Part shown: piece by piece, positions 37,911 to 51,052 of the stretch | Layout: each line of letters begins with the position of its first letter | Numbering within the stretch: the stretch's first letter is position 1 | From: Antedon mediterranea | Lineage: Eukaryota; Animalia; Echinodermata | Length of the DNA stretch: 64,000 nucleotides | Assembly: GCF_964355755.1 (NCBI RefSeq) | Contig: NC_092671.1 | Coordinates: 5,580,001-5,644,000 of the forward strand | Direction of reading: 5' to 3' | The notes under the pieces: generated by a model | Seen by the model: only the letters and a program-made list of their open reading frames with translations | What the model was told of the DNA's origin: nothing | Databases searched by the model: none | Translations under genes and position numbers: made by a program

Positions 37911-38979
37911 GGTTAACAGTTCTTTATCTCATGAATCATCCAAACGTTGGATTACTACAGGAATGTTACGCGACATTAAGGACATTACCATAACCAACGC
38001 TGATTGGTCAGAAGTTTAAATTACGCCTGTCTTAACGTTTTGAGGCGAAGGACTCAAATTTGCTACAATGCTATACAGTGTAGAGGTCAATGCTGCGGTG
38101 GTAATAGGTCTAACGACTTTTCACTGTTGAGTAGACCTACTCAACCACTTATGTAGTGACGTTAGCAAAAGGTCAGTGATATTAAACGCCACTGTATCAT
38201 TGTGCAAAAAGCAACAAGTGCACTTAAATAACAATGCATGTATATTGTCTTTTTCCGACGATATTAAATATGGATTTAATTAAAATTATCTGGATTTATA
38301 GTTTTTTGTTTCATACTAGTTTAATTCAATGGCCTCCTTCAAGACTGAACTGCGAGGGCGTATCGTTAGATTTCTGACCGTTTGTCTAGTATAGGTCATG
38401 GTCTAGAGGACTATTAAACAAACTACAATTTAATCTACACTTAATTTTAAGATATTGTTCTTGATTTTTACAAAATTGAGAAATATGTTGTCGTGAATTA
38501 TCGAAAAAAAAAAACAATAATTATATCAACAAACACTATTGTATTTCAGAGAGGATTAAAATGACTTAAACACAGTTTATGTTGTGATTTTGTTAAGCGC
38601 ACCCAAATGGCTCCTTGACAAATAAAACCCATTCTACGATTACAATAAATGTTTTTACTTTAATTTATATTTGATAAACAAGCTTTTGAATTTCAAGAAA
38701 TATCACATTTCTAATAATTTATACATATAATGGAATTATACAAGTTTGGTTACGACTTTAAAAGCAAATTTGACGATTCATTAAGTTTGAAGTCAAATAT
38801 TTAGATTTGTGGGATTGTAATCGGATGTTTTGGTCTAATGGTAACAAAGGGTATTATACAAGTGTAATTGGTATGGCACCGTTTGATTAGCGGTCTTTAT
38901 TGCCATTTTGGACGACCAAAATCTTTATAATTCAAAGGCCTACACTTTCCCTTCGATAGCTAAGTTATTAAGGTTGAAC

Positions 38980-39007
38980 CAGGGAGTTGTTATTAGAAAA
39001 CTCCCTG
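38980..39007. repeat. 28 bp CAGGGAGTT..AACTCCCTG scar with 7 bp TSD GTTGAAC
   Basis: GTTGAAC at 38973-38979 and 39008-39014. Confidence 0.75.
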
Positions 39008-39263
39008 GTTGAACATAGGCGGATCAAGTAGGCCTTTCTATCCTAAATTTCGAACGTTACAAAACACATATAAACACTACTGTTAAAGATAATTTTTGGC
39101 CCAACTCCTCCTTCTCTAATTTTAATTTCTGTATCCGCCACATAAAATAAAAGTAAAATTAGCATGAAAAAAAAAACCATGCGTGAGTAGTCAAGATAGA
39201 AAAATAGAAGAGGAAAGAGGTCCTTAAAATTGCGACGAGATCCAGACGATATGTAATTTTAAG

Positions 39264-39333
39264 TATTTGTCTATCTGAACGCATCGGATATATAAAATAT
39301 TTTACATATCCGATGCGTTCAAATAGACAAATA
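39264..39333. repeat. 70 bp near-perfect palindrome
   Basis: TATTTGTCTATCTGAACGCATCGGATAT ... ATATCCGATGCGTTCAAATAGACAAATA. Confidence 0.85.
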
Positions 39334-40419
39334 TTTTACATCAATATATTTAATAGGCTCTGTCAATATACACTATATATTTTATTGTAAATGATAAATA
39401 TGATATATACAATCTTTATTGAGATTAATGACGAAGTTCTTGTGGCCAGGTATTCGCCTCGAGTTTTTTGTTAAAATCAGTTCAAACGAAAAGCATTATC
39501 GATTTGATCTCAGTCAATATAAACTGTGGTCCTGCTATTGTTTCCATATTGCATTGTATTTCTATTTTATATAGCCTACAAACTCTTGAATGAATACAGT
39601 GAGTCATCGCATAATTTTCAAACATAATAGGCGTTGATGTAGAAATAAGTAATGCTATTAAAAATATTCATGATTGACCCTAGAATAGCTCGACAGGTCT
39701 TGTTCATTCATAAAAAAAATATATATCTGGGAATCACCGGCCTAATTATTGTATAATTATTGTTATAGTGAAATACTTGAATTGTAACATAAACAGTCTC
39801 ACATCACTGATTGACGACGTATTAAAATATCATTAAAAATATCATTACAAAATGTTTTTATCTGTTTGTAGTTCAGTAATGTTAGCTAGACGCCATTTAG
39901 AGTCTCCCGCGGGCTTTAGTTAAAAACCAGTACGGTTATTAAGGGTGTGTCTGAGCCATAATTAATGACTCTTGACGCCCTGGCTAACATCAAACGGGTA
40001 GGCACCCTGATTTTAGACTACATCACGTTAATGTGCCTCTTTTACAACTATTGGATGGTGCCATCTGTAGGGCCTATTATTATTTCCCAGTATTTAGTAA
40101 TTTATTGTGTATTAATTACCTAGTAAGGTCAACTATTAGGCCTAAGCTAATTACCTCTATTCCGAAATAAACACGGATTATCAGATTTAGATTATCATTC
40201 AACAGATCCACCTGGATCAGCAAAACGTGATCTAGTCCATTTCTTAGGCTACTCGATGACGTCATTTTGCAGAAAAAATACAAAGAAATTGCTATCATTT
40301 AATTATATGGTATTTATTATTTGTAAAAATGTAATTTTATTATTACGAGATAATATTAAAATCACCGCATTTTCAAGGTGCCGGACTCCTTCAGCTTCCT
40401 TCCATATAATTGATAAAAC

Positions 40420-40446
40420 CATGGACCTATAATTTATAGGTCCATG
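40420..40446. repeat. 27 bp CATGGACCTATAA-T-TTATAGGTCCATG scar with 7 bp TSD ATAAAAC
   Basis: ATAAAAC at 40413-40419 and 40447-40453. Confidence 0.75.
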
Positions 40447-41569
40447 ATAAAACCAAGGCATTCATAACTTCACATTGGTAAAACTATTACAGTATTTGAG
40501 CATTCTTTTATTGGTATATAATACATTGACTTTCAGCCGACTAAAATGATCACACAACAGGCCTACGGTTAATCCCTGAAAAGAAACTAAAATGCTTATG
40601 TATAACACTGATTACCCCATCCGGGTTGCTCTGTTCTCTAAGTAAAACTAATTTTAAAATATGTAATTAAACGATTATTTTTAAGGAAAAAACGTCTCAA
40701 CAGTAGCTGGTAATAGGCCTATACTGCGGAAAACGTCTCAACTGGTAACTAATTTTTCATGCGAGGCAATATGCGAGGCAATGTAAACCGTCATTTAGAT
40801 TAAAAACATAATATACTACAATATTTTCGAATATTTCTACAATTATCAATGTTCAGAAATATTGACAGAAGAGTATATAAAATAGGAGATTATAGGTGAA
40901 TGTGGTTGGTGGTTGGCTGGGTCGGACTGACTGCTGGTGTTCACCGATGCGTAACAGGATTGCTTGCAATGCAATGTGGGAAAACTCGTAAAGTCATCTT
41001 ATTATTGGTTCGTCAGAAATGCATAGAATCAGTCACAAGAAACAAATTCTTTTAATATTTTTCTTATCCATGGAAACATTTATTTGAAACCTCAATCGAG
41101 AAATTCTTATAAGGATTTAGTTGCATTCGAATGAGTTGATCTTTTCTGGAGATATGTATGATCACAGACAAAGGTAGGACTAAGTGTTTAGTTATCTTTA
41201 CTCCATATAAGAGCTCCATCTTATTACTGCAGTAATTTAATTAATTATGGATTTTTGATAATACTGGTATTAAGGTAGCATATTAAAGGATCGCGATCAA
41301 ATCGTATGTCTATTGTGTTAAAATGACTAGCTTATATTTATAAATATCACATTCGCATGAACCTTCTTTATTGAATTGAAGGTGATAAACTATACTGTGA
41401 AATACGACTCCTTTCAACATCTGTTGAAGAAAATGTATCGACGATTTACGACTTTTTGGTAGAGGGTTTATATAGATAATGATTTAAAAAGATATATGAC
41501 TGCCTTCCTCCAAGGTAGACTAGCTGTAACCATACAACGAAAATGGCCTATGATATCCGACGAGAATTG

Positions 41570-41876
41570 TAGAACCTTATTCTACATTTTCAACAATTCA
41601 TGCTTGAATAAGCCTACCCATCTTCTTTCAAAATGTTTATACTGTATTAACTTGACTATAGATACAGTCCTCATTTTATCGGAACTACAATTATATCGAG
41701 TTAATTGCATGTAGGGAAGAGAGAGAGAGGAATTAGGCCTACGCCTAAAATATAGAAGTTAGACCCTTATTCTACGTTTTCAACAATACTAAGCATGAAT
41801 AAGCCTACCCATCTTCATTCACACTTTTTAACTAACTAGACTAACTACAGTATCTCATTTTATCGGAAATACAATT
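41570..41876 (+). repeat. Diverged direct duplication, ~190 bp apart
   Basis: CCTTATTCTAC(A/G)TTTTCAACAAT..TGAATAAGCCTACCCATCTTC..CTCATTTTATCGGAA(C/A)TACAATTA occurs twice. Confidence 0.7.
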
Positions 41877-42534
41877 AGCCAGCTATATTGAGCATTTTAT
41901 TGTCATGCAGAATAATATATAGGTTAATGGAATACATTATAATTGTACAGGGCGTATATATACTGCAGGTTATAATAACAATCTGATGGAACTCAAACTT
42001 AACCTAAAAAAAATAAATAAAAAGTAATCAAAACGACTCTCAGTATTCATTTAATTCAACAAATTGCAATCAATTAAATATTAATATTTATTATTATTTT
42101 ATATACGTTGCATTATATAGTGCATAATTAAGAAGTGCGTTCTATTGTATACCTTACTTGTGTATACCAAATCCACAAAATATTATTATCATTTCAAGGT
42201 CAAAAACGGGGAAAAAAATAATGAACAAACAAATAAACGACCTTCTACACCGGTATAGTAATTATGGATCTCGGGTCATAATGTCTATAGCAGTTGTGAT
42301 ACCCTAATGGCATTGGCACGAACAATGTAATAAATGTATTGTTGTATGAAACGCTAAATATGAAATTCAAAAGAGTCGCGAGAGATGGATTTGTGACGAG
42401 TTCGTTGAATTGCCAAACATGCAAAAGTTTCCATTTAAATTTGTTGTGCATGTTGTGCTGTGGCCGTAAATACATGCTTTTTGTTGGTTAAAGAGTGTAG
42501 TATTATATAATGTTAGCATACTAGTACTACATAA

Positions 42535-42978
42535 TCACAGAAACTTGTTAATTGGCAAGAATAATGTACCAAACACGAAGAACATGAGAACCGAGAGTGT
42601 GAACACATAACAAAGGATATTAATAATGAACAAAAAAATCGGCACATGTTGACGTACTATGCTACCGTGTAAATGAATGTTAAACATGGCTGCCAATGTT
42701 TGACATACAGTATATAGGAGGATACTCACAAAATGTGTTCCTTGATCATGTGTATCTTCATATCCCATCCCACCTGAATTTATTTGGCCTATCATATAAA
42801 ATATTAAGTCTGTCAGAGAATTTCGAAATTCATTAAGCATTTCTGGTATAGTATTCTCATTAACTTTTGAGATAATTATGGACGTACTATTTTTTCCATC
42901 GGGTAATAATCTCCGTAGGCTCATCTCAAGACAGTAACATAAGTCGCGCGTGTCTTCTCCGCCACAATGTCTATCCAA
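42535..42978 (-). CDS. Orphan 147-codon ORF with hydrophobic C-terminal half (possible exon or pseudogene of a membrane protein)
   Basis: Long open frame in AT-rich DNA with two hydrophobic stretches (FVSILLYTVCQTLAAMF; IFLFIINILCYVFTLSVLMFFVFGTLFL). No ATG at the ORF start and no recognised homology. Confidence 0.25.
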   Translation of the reverse strand: MDRHCGGEDTRDLCYCLEMSLRRLLPDGKNSTSIIISKVNENTIPEMLNEFRNSLTDLIFYMIGQINSGGMGYEDTHDQGTHFVSILLYTVCQTLAAMFNIHLHGSIVRQHVPIFLFIINILCYVFTLSVLMFFVFGTLFLPINKFL

Positions 42979-43529
42979 TTATTAATATTAATATTAGAAT
43001 AGCAAATCTACATGGAAAATGGTGGATATTGATGTATCATCCCAATATATATGGGTGCGCATTAATATTATCGGTTGCCCTATTTTATTTTTAAGGTTAA
43101 AAATAAATTCCCAATCTATATAAGCTTAAAAGGTGGAAACTTTAGTGGATTGCAAAGTCACCACATTTTAGAGATATGGCGCAGATTGAGAACTGACAAG
43201 GATTTTTTCAGTAGGCCTACTAATGCTGCTGTATGGTCGCTACCATGCAGATGCATGTAGACGCATGTAGGGCTATAGGCCTATTTAGAATGTATGGAAA
43301 GCTACTGAAAAACTCGAAGTTATAAATTACGAAATAAGAAATAAATTCCCAGGAAAACAACATTTTTGTTGGTAAAATCAACAGCCAGAGAATACAAAAC
43401 AACTTTATAATAATTTATGATTTCATCCCCAAAGAGCACAACAATCTGTAATCGGACACAGTGAGCTCAAGAAGAAAAATCAATGACCATACCTAATTAA
43501 ATTGATAAAAACCATATGGAAGCATTCAG

Positions 43530-43828
43530 TTAATTGATATATATATATAAATTATTATATCTAGTATCTGAATTGTATTTTAAAACCTCTGGGTTATTTA
43601 TATTGGTGATTATTACGGTCAGTAAGCCAAAAATGCTTCTAAAAAGCTGTTAGTAACATTCAGTTGGATGGAACCATTTCTTGATTGACTTAGCTCTGTC
43701 CACACTATCGAACTAGTTTGACAAAAAAAGTGTGACGTGCCCAAATGTGGTAGTGATATGACATCATCATGTCCATGGGCACATCACATTGTTTTTGTCA
43801 CATAAGGTTTGATAGTGTAGACAGGGCT
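43530..43828 (-). repeat. Right arm of long inverted repeat (includes MITE 43692-43828)
   Basis: Reverse complement of 37620-37910. Confidence 0.9.
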
Positions 43829-43903
43829 TTAAACGATTTCAACCAGAACCCTGCGGGTATCGCAGTTTATGTTTAGATTTTGCCATTTATGCCATGGTGA
43901 AAT

Positions 43904-43928
43904 CAGGGAGTTGTTATTAAACTCCCTG
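43904..43928. repeat. 25 bp CAGGGAGTT..AACTCCCTG scar with 7 bp TSD GTGAAAT
   Basis: GTGAAAT at 43897-43903 and 43929-43935. Confidence 0.75.
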
Positions 43929-46323
43929 GTGAAATAAAACTATACGGTACTGTACGATAATTTGTTCTATTCCAATTGCAGTCTCAATAGGTGATGTAGG
44001 CCCTATACCCTAAAACAACAGTTGAATAATGTCAGTTGAATAATGTTATCCTGAGCAGTGTAGCTCTTATTCCTATAGATATATTAGGTCTGGTGTACCA
44101 TGCTCTAATAATATGATAATTAATTCTTACCTATTAAGGTAATCAAACTAACAACCTCGTATAAAGACTATTTAATTCTCAATTGTATTTCAGCAAAGGG
44201 AACCGGATGAATAATTAGCCTGGTTTTATCAATGCAGTTTCCATACAGCTGTCTTAGAAGCATTAATAAATATTATGAGAGCCAACGAAATATAATAATT
44301 ATTATTACGATGGATTTATTAATTACAAGGGATACTACGCTTAAACTATAATATTATTATATAAAGAAAAACATATGATTAAAATTGATCATTATTATTA
44401 AAATTAAACAAAATCTCAAACAAAACAAGCAGTATAGGCCTACTACCGATTATATTATTCATAATTTTATAGGAAATGTTAATTTTCTTTTATTATTTTA
44501 TGATAATTTATCCTAAACTGATTTAGACAAATCTTTACCATTTCATCATAAAAATGGCATATTTATATCTAGTCTGACATGATTAATACAAATATACACC
44601 CAGCTTCGAGAGGATTGGGATTAGGATCCCCAGATTTTCAAATCATGGAGAAATTATGATCCTCCATTATCAAATCTGATCAAATCAAATCCAGATTGCC
44701 ATAACAAACATCAAGGTGTTTACGGCAATACTATTATAGATTTTTTTTTAATACGATGTAACAATGTAACCCAAATCCTGGCTATTTATGCAGAACTTAC
44801 AAATAAATCAATGATTAATTATTTACGAATGTAAATAAATGTCTTCGCTTTCTAAAGTAGCCTACCAGCTGTTCCTTGTTCAGCAGATTGATACCCCTAC
44901 AGGGGCTTAAATACACTCCACTCAGCTGTACCAATTTGTCACAAGTCAATATCGTGTAACTGTTAAAAACAGCTTAGGGTTTGAAACACTACAGCTGTAG
45001 GTACAATATTTATAGGTAGTTTACATTCAGGCAAAAGATATTAAGCAGAAAACGGTAGAAGGGGATTAGACTGTAGTTGTTTAGTATTAACCGATTTAAA
45101 CTTACCTTCAAACTCCAATTAAACGCTGATTCTGCTCTCTGTCTGTCCTATTCGAGGCATTATCATGATTTATCTACAGTACTGTATTCATTATCTTCTA
45201 TATTCTTTCCATGACTGTTGTTCCATATGAAAACGTCAGTTACATTCCAGCTGTTTTCCAGGATAATATGCAAGTTCAAAGTATTTATTGAAAAACCATC
45301 CCTTATATTCTCTGTTTTTAATTTTAACAATGTATGCCTATATCGAATAATAAACCGTTAAAAAGACAATTTTTTACATGACACATTTTTTAGTGGTAGC
45401 ATAATATTGATTGATATAGCATTGTTTCATTTATGATTTACTATCATGTAAAATTTACTGGGTATTATTTTTGTGAACCTCGAAATGCTTTGATCATCAC
45501 AAAAATGAACTTCTCAACTACATGGATGTACTGTCTACCACTTCCGATTCATAATGGTGTTTATTTATCAACCCTTTCACCGTAAACCGCTCATAAATCA
45601 GTTCTTGAACGACGACGATTCGAGATCGGTTCATTTACACTTTCTTTATTATAAGATAAAACAGTTGATTCTTTGTTTATATTTAGTCAGAGGCAATACC
45701 TTTGTACTACTGCAGGCATATATTATTAGTCATCACAATATTTCTTTATCATAGTCTAACGGCAACAACAACCATTCCTTTATAGGCATGTTAAATTTTA
45801 CTCCTAAAGTATGGTTATTTATTAAATCCGGGTTACTCAAACAACAGTTCGTACTCTTTAATTTAAAGGCATCACTTGCGAGTTGATGACAGATGACCGG
45901 AACGTAACGAATTACTAAACAGCAGCATGCTTCTCCTTATTAAATATGAGATTAGTTCTGTTAACACTTGGAAACAGTACGGTAGACCTACTATTAATAC
46001 AAGCATTCATAAATACCATTTGGACCATGGAGGTATATACCTCCAATGCTTGTAATTGTTATTTTAAAATAAAAACTAAGAACAGTACAATGTTAGAACA
46101 GGTCATTATATACCACGCCCGTCCAATAATAGCATAATTAACACTCATTGTCACTCCCCTATTTATTCAATAACTTAATTTAAAATACAAAGTGACAATA
46201 AAAATTGACACGCCTATGGTGTAATATCAGACTGTAACAAGACGTAAATTGAATTTGGTTGTAAATCTTTTTAAAAAGAATATCTTACTTAATTATTTTG
46301 TTTAAAACAAACAACAAAATATC

Positions 46324-46709
46324 AGGGTCTACCGAGACTTGAACTCGGATCACTGGATTCAAAGCCCAGAGTGATAACCATTACCCCATAGAACCGGTGT
46401 TTGACCAAATTAGGAGTTAAAAGAATTCGACGAAACGCAATTCTTTTGGAAAAGAATTATATCACTTTTAATAATTTTGTTTTAAAAGACAAGACCAACA
46501 AAATATCATGTTCTAGCGAGACAGAGTGCTAACCCTTACACCATAGAACCGATGCGTGACAACAGAGAAGTCAAAACAATTTCAATAAAATAATAAATTC
46601 ACGTTAAATTATTTTGTTAAAAAAGACATGACCAACAAAATATCAGGTTCTACCGAGACTTGAACTCGGATCACTGAGTCCAGAGTGCTAACCATTACAC
46701 CATAGAACC
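46324..46709 (-). pseudogene. Three degenerate tRNA-Gln copies at the array edge
   Basis: Copy 1 has stem and A-box substitutions; copy 2 (~46510) lacks most of the T and anticodon arms; copy 3 (46644) has an anticodon-arm deletion. Confidence 0.85.
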
Positions 46710-46803
46710 GATGCTTGACAACGTAGAAGTAAAAAAAAATTCAATAAAATAATAAATTTACGTTTAATTATTTTGTCTAAACAGACATGACCAACAAAAT
46801 ATC

Positions 46804-46875
46804 AGGTTCTACCGAGACTTGAACTCGGATCACTGGATTCAAAGTCCAGAGTGCTAACCATTACACCATAGAACC
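46804..46875 (-). tRNA. Representative intact array tRNA-Gln(TTG)
   Basis: Full 72 nt consensus, anticodon loop CTTTGAA. Confidence 0.93.
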
Positions 46876-47569
46876 GATGCTTAAAACGTAGAAGTAAAAA
46901 AAAATCAATAAAATAATAAATTCACGTTTAATTATTTTGTTTAAAAAGACATGACCAACAAAATGTCAGGTTCTACCGAGACTTGACCTTGGATCACTGG
47001 ATTCAAAGTCCAGAGTGCTAACCATTACACCATAGAACCGATGCTTGACAACGTAGAAGTCCAAAAAATTCAATAAAATAATAAATTCACGTTTAATTAT
47101 TTTGTCTAAAAAGACATGACCAACAAAATATCAGGTTCTACCGAGACTTGAACTCGGATCACTGGATTCAAAGTCCAGAGTGCTAACCATTACACCACAG
47201 AACCGATGCTTGGCATCGTAGAAGTAAAAAAATTTCAATAAAATAATAAATTCACGTTAAATTATTTTGTCTAAAAGACATGACAAACAAAATATCAGCA
47301 AAGAAGAAGTCAACAGAATTTGACGAAACGCAATTCTTTTTTTGAAAAAGGATTAAATCACGTTTAATTATTTTGTTTTAAAACGCATGATCAACAAACT
47401 ATCAGATTCTACCGAGACTTGAACTCGGATCACTGGATTCAAAGTCCAGAGTGCTAACCATTACACCATAGAAACGATGCTTGACAACGTAGAAGTAAAA
47501 AAAAATTCAATAAAATAATAAATTCACGTTTAATTATTTTGTCTAAAAAGACATGACCAACAAAATATC

Positions 47570-47641
47570 AGGTTCTACCGAGACTTGAACTCGGATCACT
47601 GGATTCAGAGTCCAGAGTGCTAACCATTACACCATAGAACC
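47570..47641 (-). tRNA. Representative intact array tRNA-Gln(CTG)
   Basis: Full 72 nt consensus, anticodon loop CTCTGAA. Confidence 0.93.
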
Positions 47642-48243
47642 GATGCTTGACAACGTAGAAGTAAAAAAAAATCAATAAAACAATAAATTCACGTTTAATT
47701 ATTTTGTCTAAAAAGACATGAGCAACAAAATATCAGGTTCTACCGAGACTTTAACTCGGATCACTGGATTCAAAGTCCAGAGTGCTAACCATTACACCAT
47801 AGAACCGATGCTTAAAACGTAGAAGTAAAAAAAAATCAATAAAATAATAAATTCACGTTTAATTATTTTGTCTAAAAAGACATGACCAACAAAATATCAG
47901 GTTCTACCGAGACTTGAACTCGGATTACTGGATTCAGAGTCCAGAGTGCTAACCATTACACCATAGAACCGACGCTTGACAACATAGAAGTCAACAAAAT
48001 TCAATAAAATAATAAATTCACGTTAAATTATTTTTTTTTAAAGGCATGATCATCAAAGTATCAGGTTTTACCGACACTTAAACTCGGATCACTGGATTCA
48101 GGGTCCAGAGTGCTAACCATTATACCATAGAACCTCTTGACAATATTATAAGTTAAACGAATTCGACGAAACGCAATTCTTTTGAAAAAGAATTAAATCA
48201 CGTTTAATTATTTTGTTAAAAAAGACATGACCAACAAAATTTC

Positions 48244-48321
48244 AGGTTCTACCGAGACTTGAACTCGGATCACTGGATTCAGAGTCCAGAGTGCTAACCA
48301 TTAGGCCTACACCATAGAACC
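48244..48321 (-). pseudogene. tRNA-Gln(CTG) with 6 bp GGCCTA insertion in the D arm/A box (also at ~49274, ~50470, ~58658)
   Basis: ACCATTAGGCCTACACCATAG versus consensus ACCATTACACCATAG. Confidence 0.9.
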
Positions 48322-51052
48322 GATGCTTGACGAAATTAGAAGTTAAAAGAATTCGACAAATATCAATTTTTTTGAAAAAGAATTAAATCACGTTAACTAT
48401 TTTGTTTTAAAACGCATGATCAACAAACTATCAGATTCTACCGAGACTTGAACTCGGATCACTGGATTCAAAGTCCAGAGTGCTAACCATTACACCATAG
48501 AAACGATGCTTGACAACGTAGAAGTAAAAAAAAATTCAATAAAATAATAAATTCACGTTTAATTATTTTGTCTAAAAAGACATGACCAACAAAATATCAG
48601 GTTCTACCGAGACTTGAACTCGGATCACTGGATTCAGAGTCCAGAGTGCTAACCATTACACCATAGAACCGATGCTTGACAACGTAGAAGTAAAAAAAAA
48701 ATCAATAAAACAATAAATTCACGTTTAATTATTTTGTCTAAAAAGACATGAGCAACAAAATATCAGGTTCTACCGAGACTTTAACTCGGATCACTGGATT
48801 CAAAGTCCAGAGTGCTAACCATTACACCATAGAACCGATGCTTAAAACGTAGAAGTAAAAAAAAATCAATAAAATAATAAATTCACGTTTAATTATTTTG
48901 TCTAAAAAGACATGACCAACAAAATATCAGGTTCTACCGAGACTTGAACTCGGATCACTGGATTCAGAGTCCAGAGTGCTAACCATTACACCATAGAACC
49001 GACGCTTGACAACATAGAAGTCAACAAAATTCAATAAAATAATAAATTCACGTTAAATTATTTTTTTTTAAAGGCATGATCATCAAAGTATCAGGTTTTA
49101 CCGACACTTAAACTCGGATCACTGGATTCAGGGTCCAGAGTGCTAACCATTATACCATAGAACCTCTTGACAATATTATAAGTTAAACGAATTCGACGAA
49201 ACGCAATTCTTTTGAAAAAGAATTAAATCACGTTTAATTATTTTGTTAAAAAAGACATGACCAACAAAATTTCAGGTTCTACCGAGACTTGAACTCGGAT
49301 CACTGGATTCAGAGTCCAGAGTGCTAACCATTAGGCCTACACCATAGAACCGATGCTTGACGAAATTAGAAGTTAAAAGAATTCGACAAATATCAATTTT
49401 TTTGAAAAAGAATTAAATCACGTTAACTATTTTGTTTTAAAACGCATGATCAACAAACTATCAGATTCTACCGAGACTTGAACTCGGATCACTGGATTCA
49501 AAGTCCAGAGTGCTAACCATTACACCATAGAAACGATGCTTGACAACGTAGAAGTAAAAAAAAAATCAATAAAATAATAAATTCACGTTTAATTATTTTG
49601 TCTAAAAAGACATGACCAACAAAATGTCAGGTTCTACCGAGACTTGAACTCGGATCACTGGATTCAAAGTCCAGAGTGCTAACCATTACACCATAGAAAC
49701 GATGCTTGACAACGTAGAAGTAAAAAAAAATTCAATAAAATAATAAATTCACGTTTAATTATTTTGTCTAAAAAGACATGACCAACAAAATATCAGGTTC
49801 TACCGAGACTTGAACTCGGATCACTGGATTCAGAGTCCAGAGTGCTAACCATTACACCATAGAACCGATGCTTGACAACGTAGAAGTAAAAAAAAAATCA
49901 ATAAAACAATAAATTCACGTTTAATTATTTTGTCTAAAAAGACATGAGCAACAAAATATCAGGTTCTACCGAGACTTTAACTCGGATCACTGGATTCAAA
50001 GTCCAGAGTGCTAACCATTACACCATAGAACCGATGCTTAAAACGTAGAAGTAAAAAAAAATCAATAAAATAATAAATTCACGTTTAATTATTTTGTCTA
50101 AAAAGACATGACCAACAAAATATCAGGTTCTACCGAGACTTGAACTCGGATCACTGGATTCAGAGTCCAGAGTGCTAACCATTACACCATAGAACCGACG
50201 CTTGACAACATAGAAGTCAACAAAATTCAATAAAATAATAAATTCACGTTAAATTATTTTTTTTTAAAGGCATGATCATCAAAGTATCAGGTTTTACCGA
50301 CACTTAAACTCGGATCACTGGATTCAGGGTCCAGAGTGCTAACCATTATACCATAGAACCTCTTGACAATATTATAAGTTAAACGAATTCGACGAAACGC
50401 AATTCTTTTGAAAAAGAATTAAATCACGTTTAATTATTTTGTTAAAAAAGACATGACCAACAAAATTTCAGGTTCTACCGAGACTTGAACTCGGATCACT
50501 GGATTCAGAGTCCAGAGTGCTAACCATTAGGCCTACACCATAGAACCGATGCTTGACGAAATTAGAAGTTAAAAGAATTCGACAAATATCAATTTTTTTG
50601 AAAAAGAATTAAATCACGTTAACTATTTTGTTTTAAAACGCATGATCAACAAACTATCAGATTCTACCGAGACTTGAACTCGGATCACTGGATTCAAAGT
50701 CCAGAGTGCTAACCATTACACCATAGAAACGATGCTTGACAACGTAGAAGTAAAAAAAAATTCAATAAAATAATAAATTCACGTTTAATTATTTTGTCTA
50801 AAAAGACATGACCAACAAAATATCAGGTTCTACCGAGACTTGAACTCGGATCACTGGATTCAGAGTCCAGAGTGCTAACCATTACACCATAGAACCGATG
50901 CTTGACAACGTAGAAGTAAAAAAAAAATCAATAAAACAATAAATTCACGTTTAATTATTTTGTCTAAAAAGACATGAGCAACAAAATATCAGGTTCTACC
51001 GAGACTTTAACTCGGATCACTGGATTCAAAGTCCAAAGTGCTAACCATTACA

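Noticed and set aside
46026-46048. CATGGAGGTATATACCTCCAATG as another P-like scar
   Set aside because: The palindrome is present but the flanks (TTTGGAC / CTTGTAA) do not form a convincing TSD.
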